From: Patescibacteria group bacterium
GTDB lineage: Bacteria > Patescibacteriota > Patescibacteriia > JACRDY01
Assembly: GCA_041650515.1 (NCBI GenBank)
Contig: JBAZLA010000001.1
Location: forward strand, 221,866 to 285,865
Direction of reading: 5' to 3'
Length of the DNA stretch: 64,000 nucleotides
Part shown: positions 63,730-64,000 of the stretch, piece by piece
Layout: every line of letters begins with the position of its first letter
Numbering within the stretch: position 1 is the first letter of the stretch
Program-made: the position numbers and the translations under genes
The notes under the pieces: generated by a model
What the model was told of the DNA's origin: nothing
Database searches by the model: none
What the model saw: only the letters and a program-made list of their open reading frames with translations

Positions 63730-64000
63730 ATGAAGCGAAAAATTAGGGGAATGAAAGAATATACTAATATCTTGAGTGATAAAGAAATTAATCAAGACTT
63801 AGAAAATATTTATGAAGATGAGAATGGCGAAATGCCATCCATGTTCAGCCTCGAGCCTAAGAAGCGCAGTCGTCTGATGAGGTTTCTCATCTACCTAGGT
63901 GTTATTCTACTGCTTATAGTGATAGTAGCTTGGAGTGGTTTTTATCTTTTTAATCGTTATGCTCCAGAAAGTGTCCAGAAATTTTTGGGTGATGATGGTA
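63730..64000 (+). CDS. 5' part of a CDS running off the window end (membrane-anchored hypothetical)
   Basis: ATG at 63730 then open frame to the edge (MKRKIRGMKEYTNILSDKE…); TM segment LIYLGVILLLIVIVAWSGFYLF. Confidence 0.4.
   Translation, partial: MKRKIRGMKEYTNILSDKEINQDLENIYEDENGEMPSMFSLEPKKRSRLMRFLIYLGVILLLIVIVAWSGFYLFNRYAPESVQKFLGDDG

Overview
This is a low-GC (~40%) window that looks like a small-genome Candidate Phyla Radiation (Patescibacteria/Parcubacteria-like) bacterium. The organism call is an inference from gene content: RNase J, many GT4/GT-C glycosyltransferases, tRNAs without encoded CCA, and arrays of TrbC/VirB2-like pilin genes. Housekeeping genes recognised: ruvC, a YebC-family regulator, ruvB, secG, trpS, galU, RNase J, a RidA-family protein, glucose-6-phosphate-isomerase-like and cupin mannose-6-phosphate-isomerase proteins, an IMP dehydrogenase family protein, a HIT hydrolase, a MazG-like protein, TspO, an SMR-type transporter, a membrane-fused spermidine-synthase-like protein, an AlkD-like DNA alkylation repair protein, a DsbA-like oxidoreductase, the gamma and delta subunits of pyruvate:ferredoxin oxidoreductase (no alpha/beta), three orphan substrate-binding proteins and two paralogous MBL-fold hydrolases. 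Surface-glycan genes: a Wzx-like flippase, an O-antigen ligase-like protein, a polyprenyl glycosylphosphotransferase, three GT4 glycosyltransferases, four consecutive large polytopic GT-C-like membrane proteins, and a parallel beta-helix protein. RNA genes: tRNA-Gly(GCC) (tentative), tRNA-Leu(TAA), tRNA-Ser(CGA), tRNA-Leu(CAG), and an RNase P RNA on the minus strand at about 54738-55205 that the ORF track covers with spurious ORFs. Stand-out features: (1) eleven tandem paralogous small genes (38173-43661) with variable N-terminal parts and a conserved TrbC/VirB2-type pilin-like C-terminal module, with no secretion machinery nearby; (2) a ~560-bp cassette carrying a four-helix-bundle (23S-IVS/Avd-like) gene, flanked by ~30-bp imperfect inverted repeats, inserted next to trpS; (3) several sharply GC-rich islets (~55-62% GC), the largest (16.65-19.06 kb) encoding a thiolase-like/DUF35-like pair typical of high-GC bacteria, which suggests horizontal acquisition; (4) two tandem 99-bp repeats each ending in the 17-nt 3' end of tRNA-Leu; (5) a 24-bp direct repeat bracketing the inverted beta-helix gene; (6) a probable frameshift in a bPH_2 membrane protein gene; (7) several structured intergenic inverted repeats. 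No CRISPR array, reverse transcriptase, integrase or transposase was seen.
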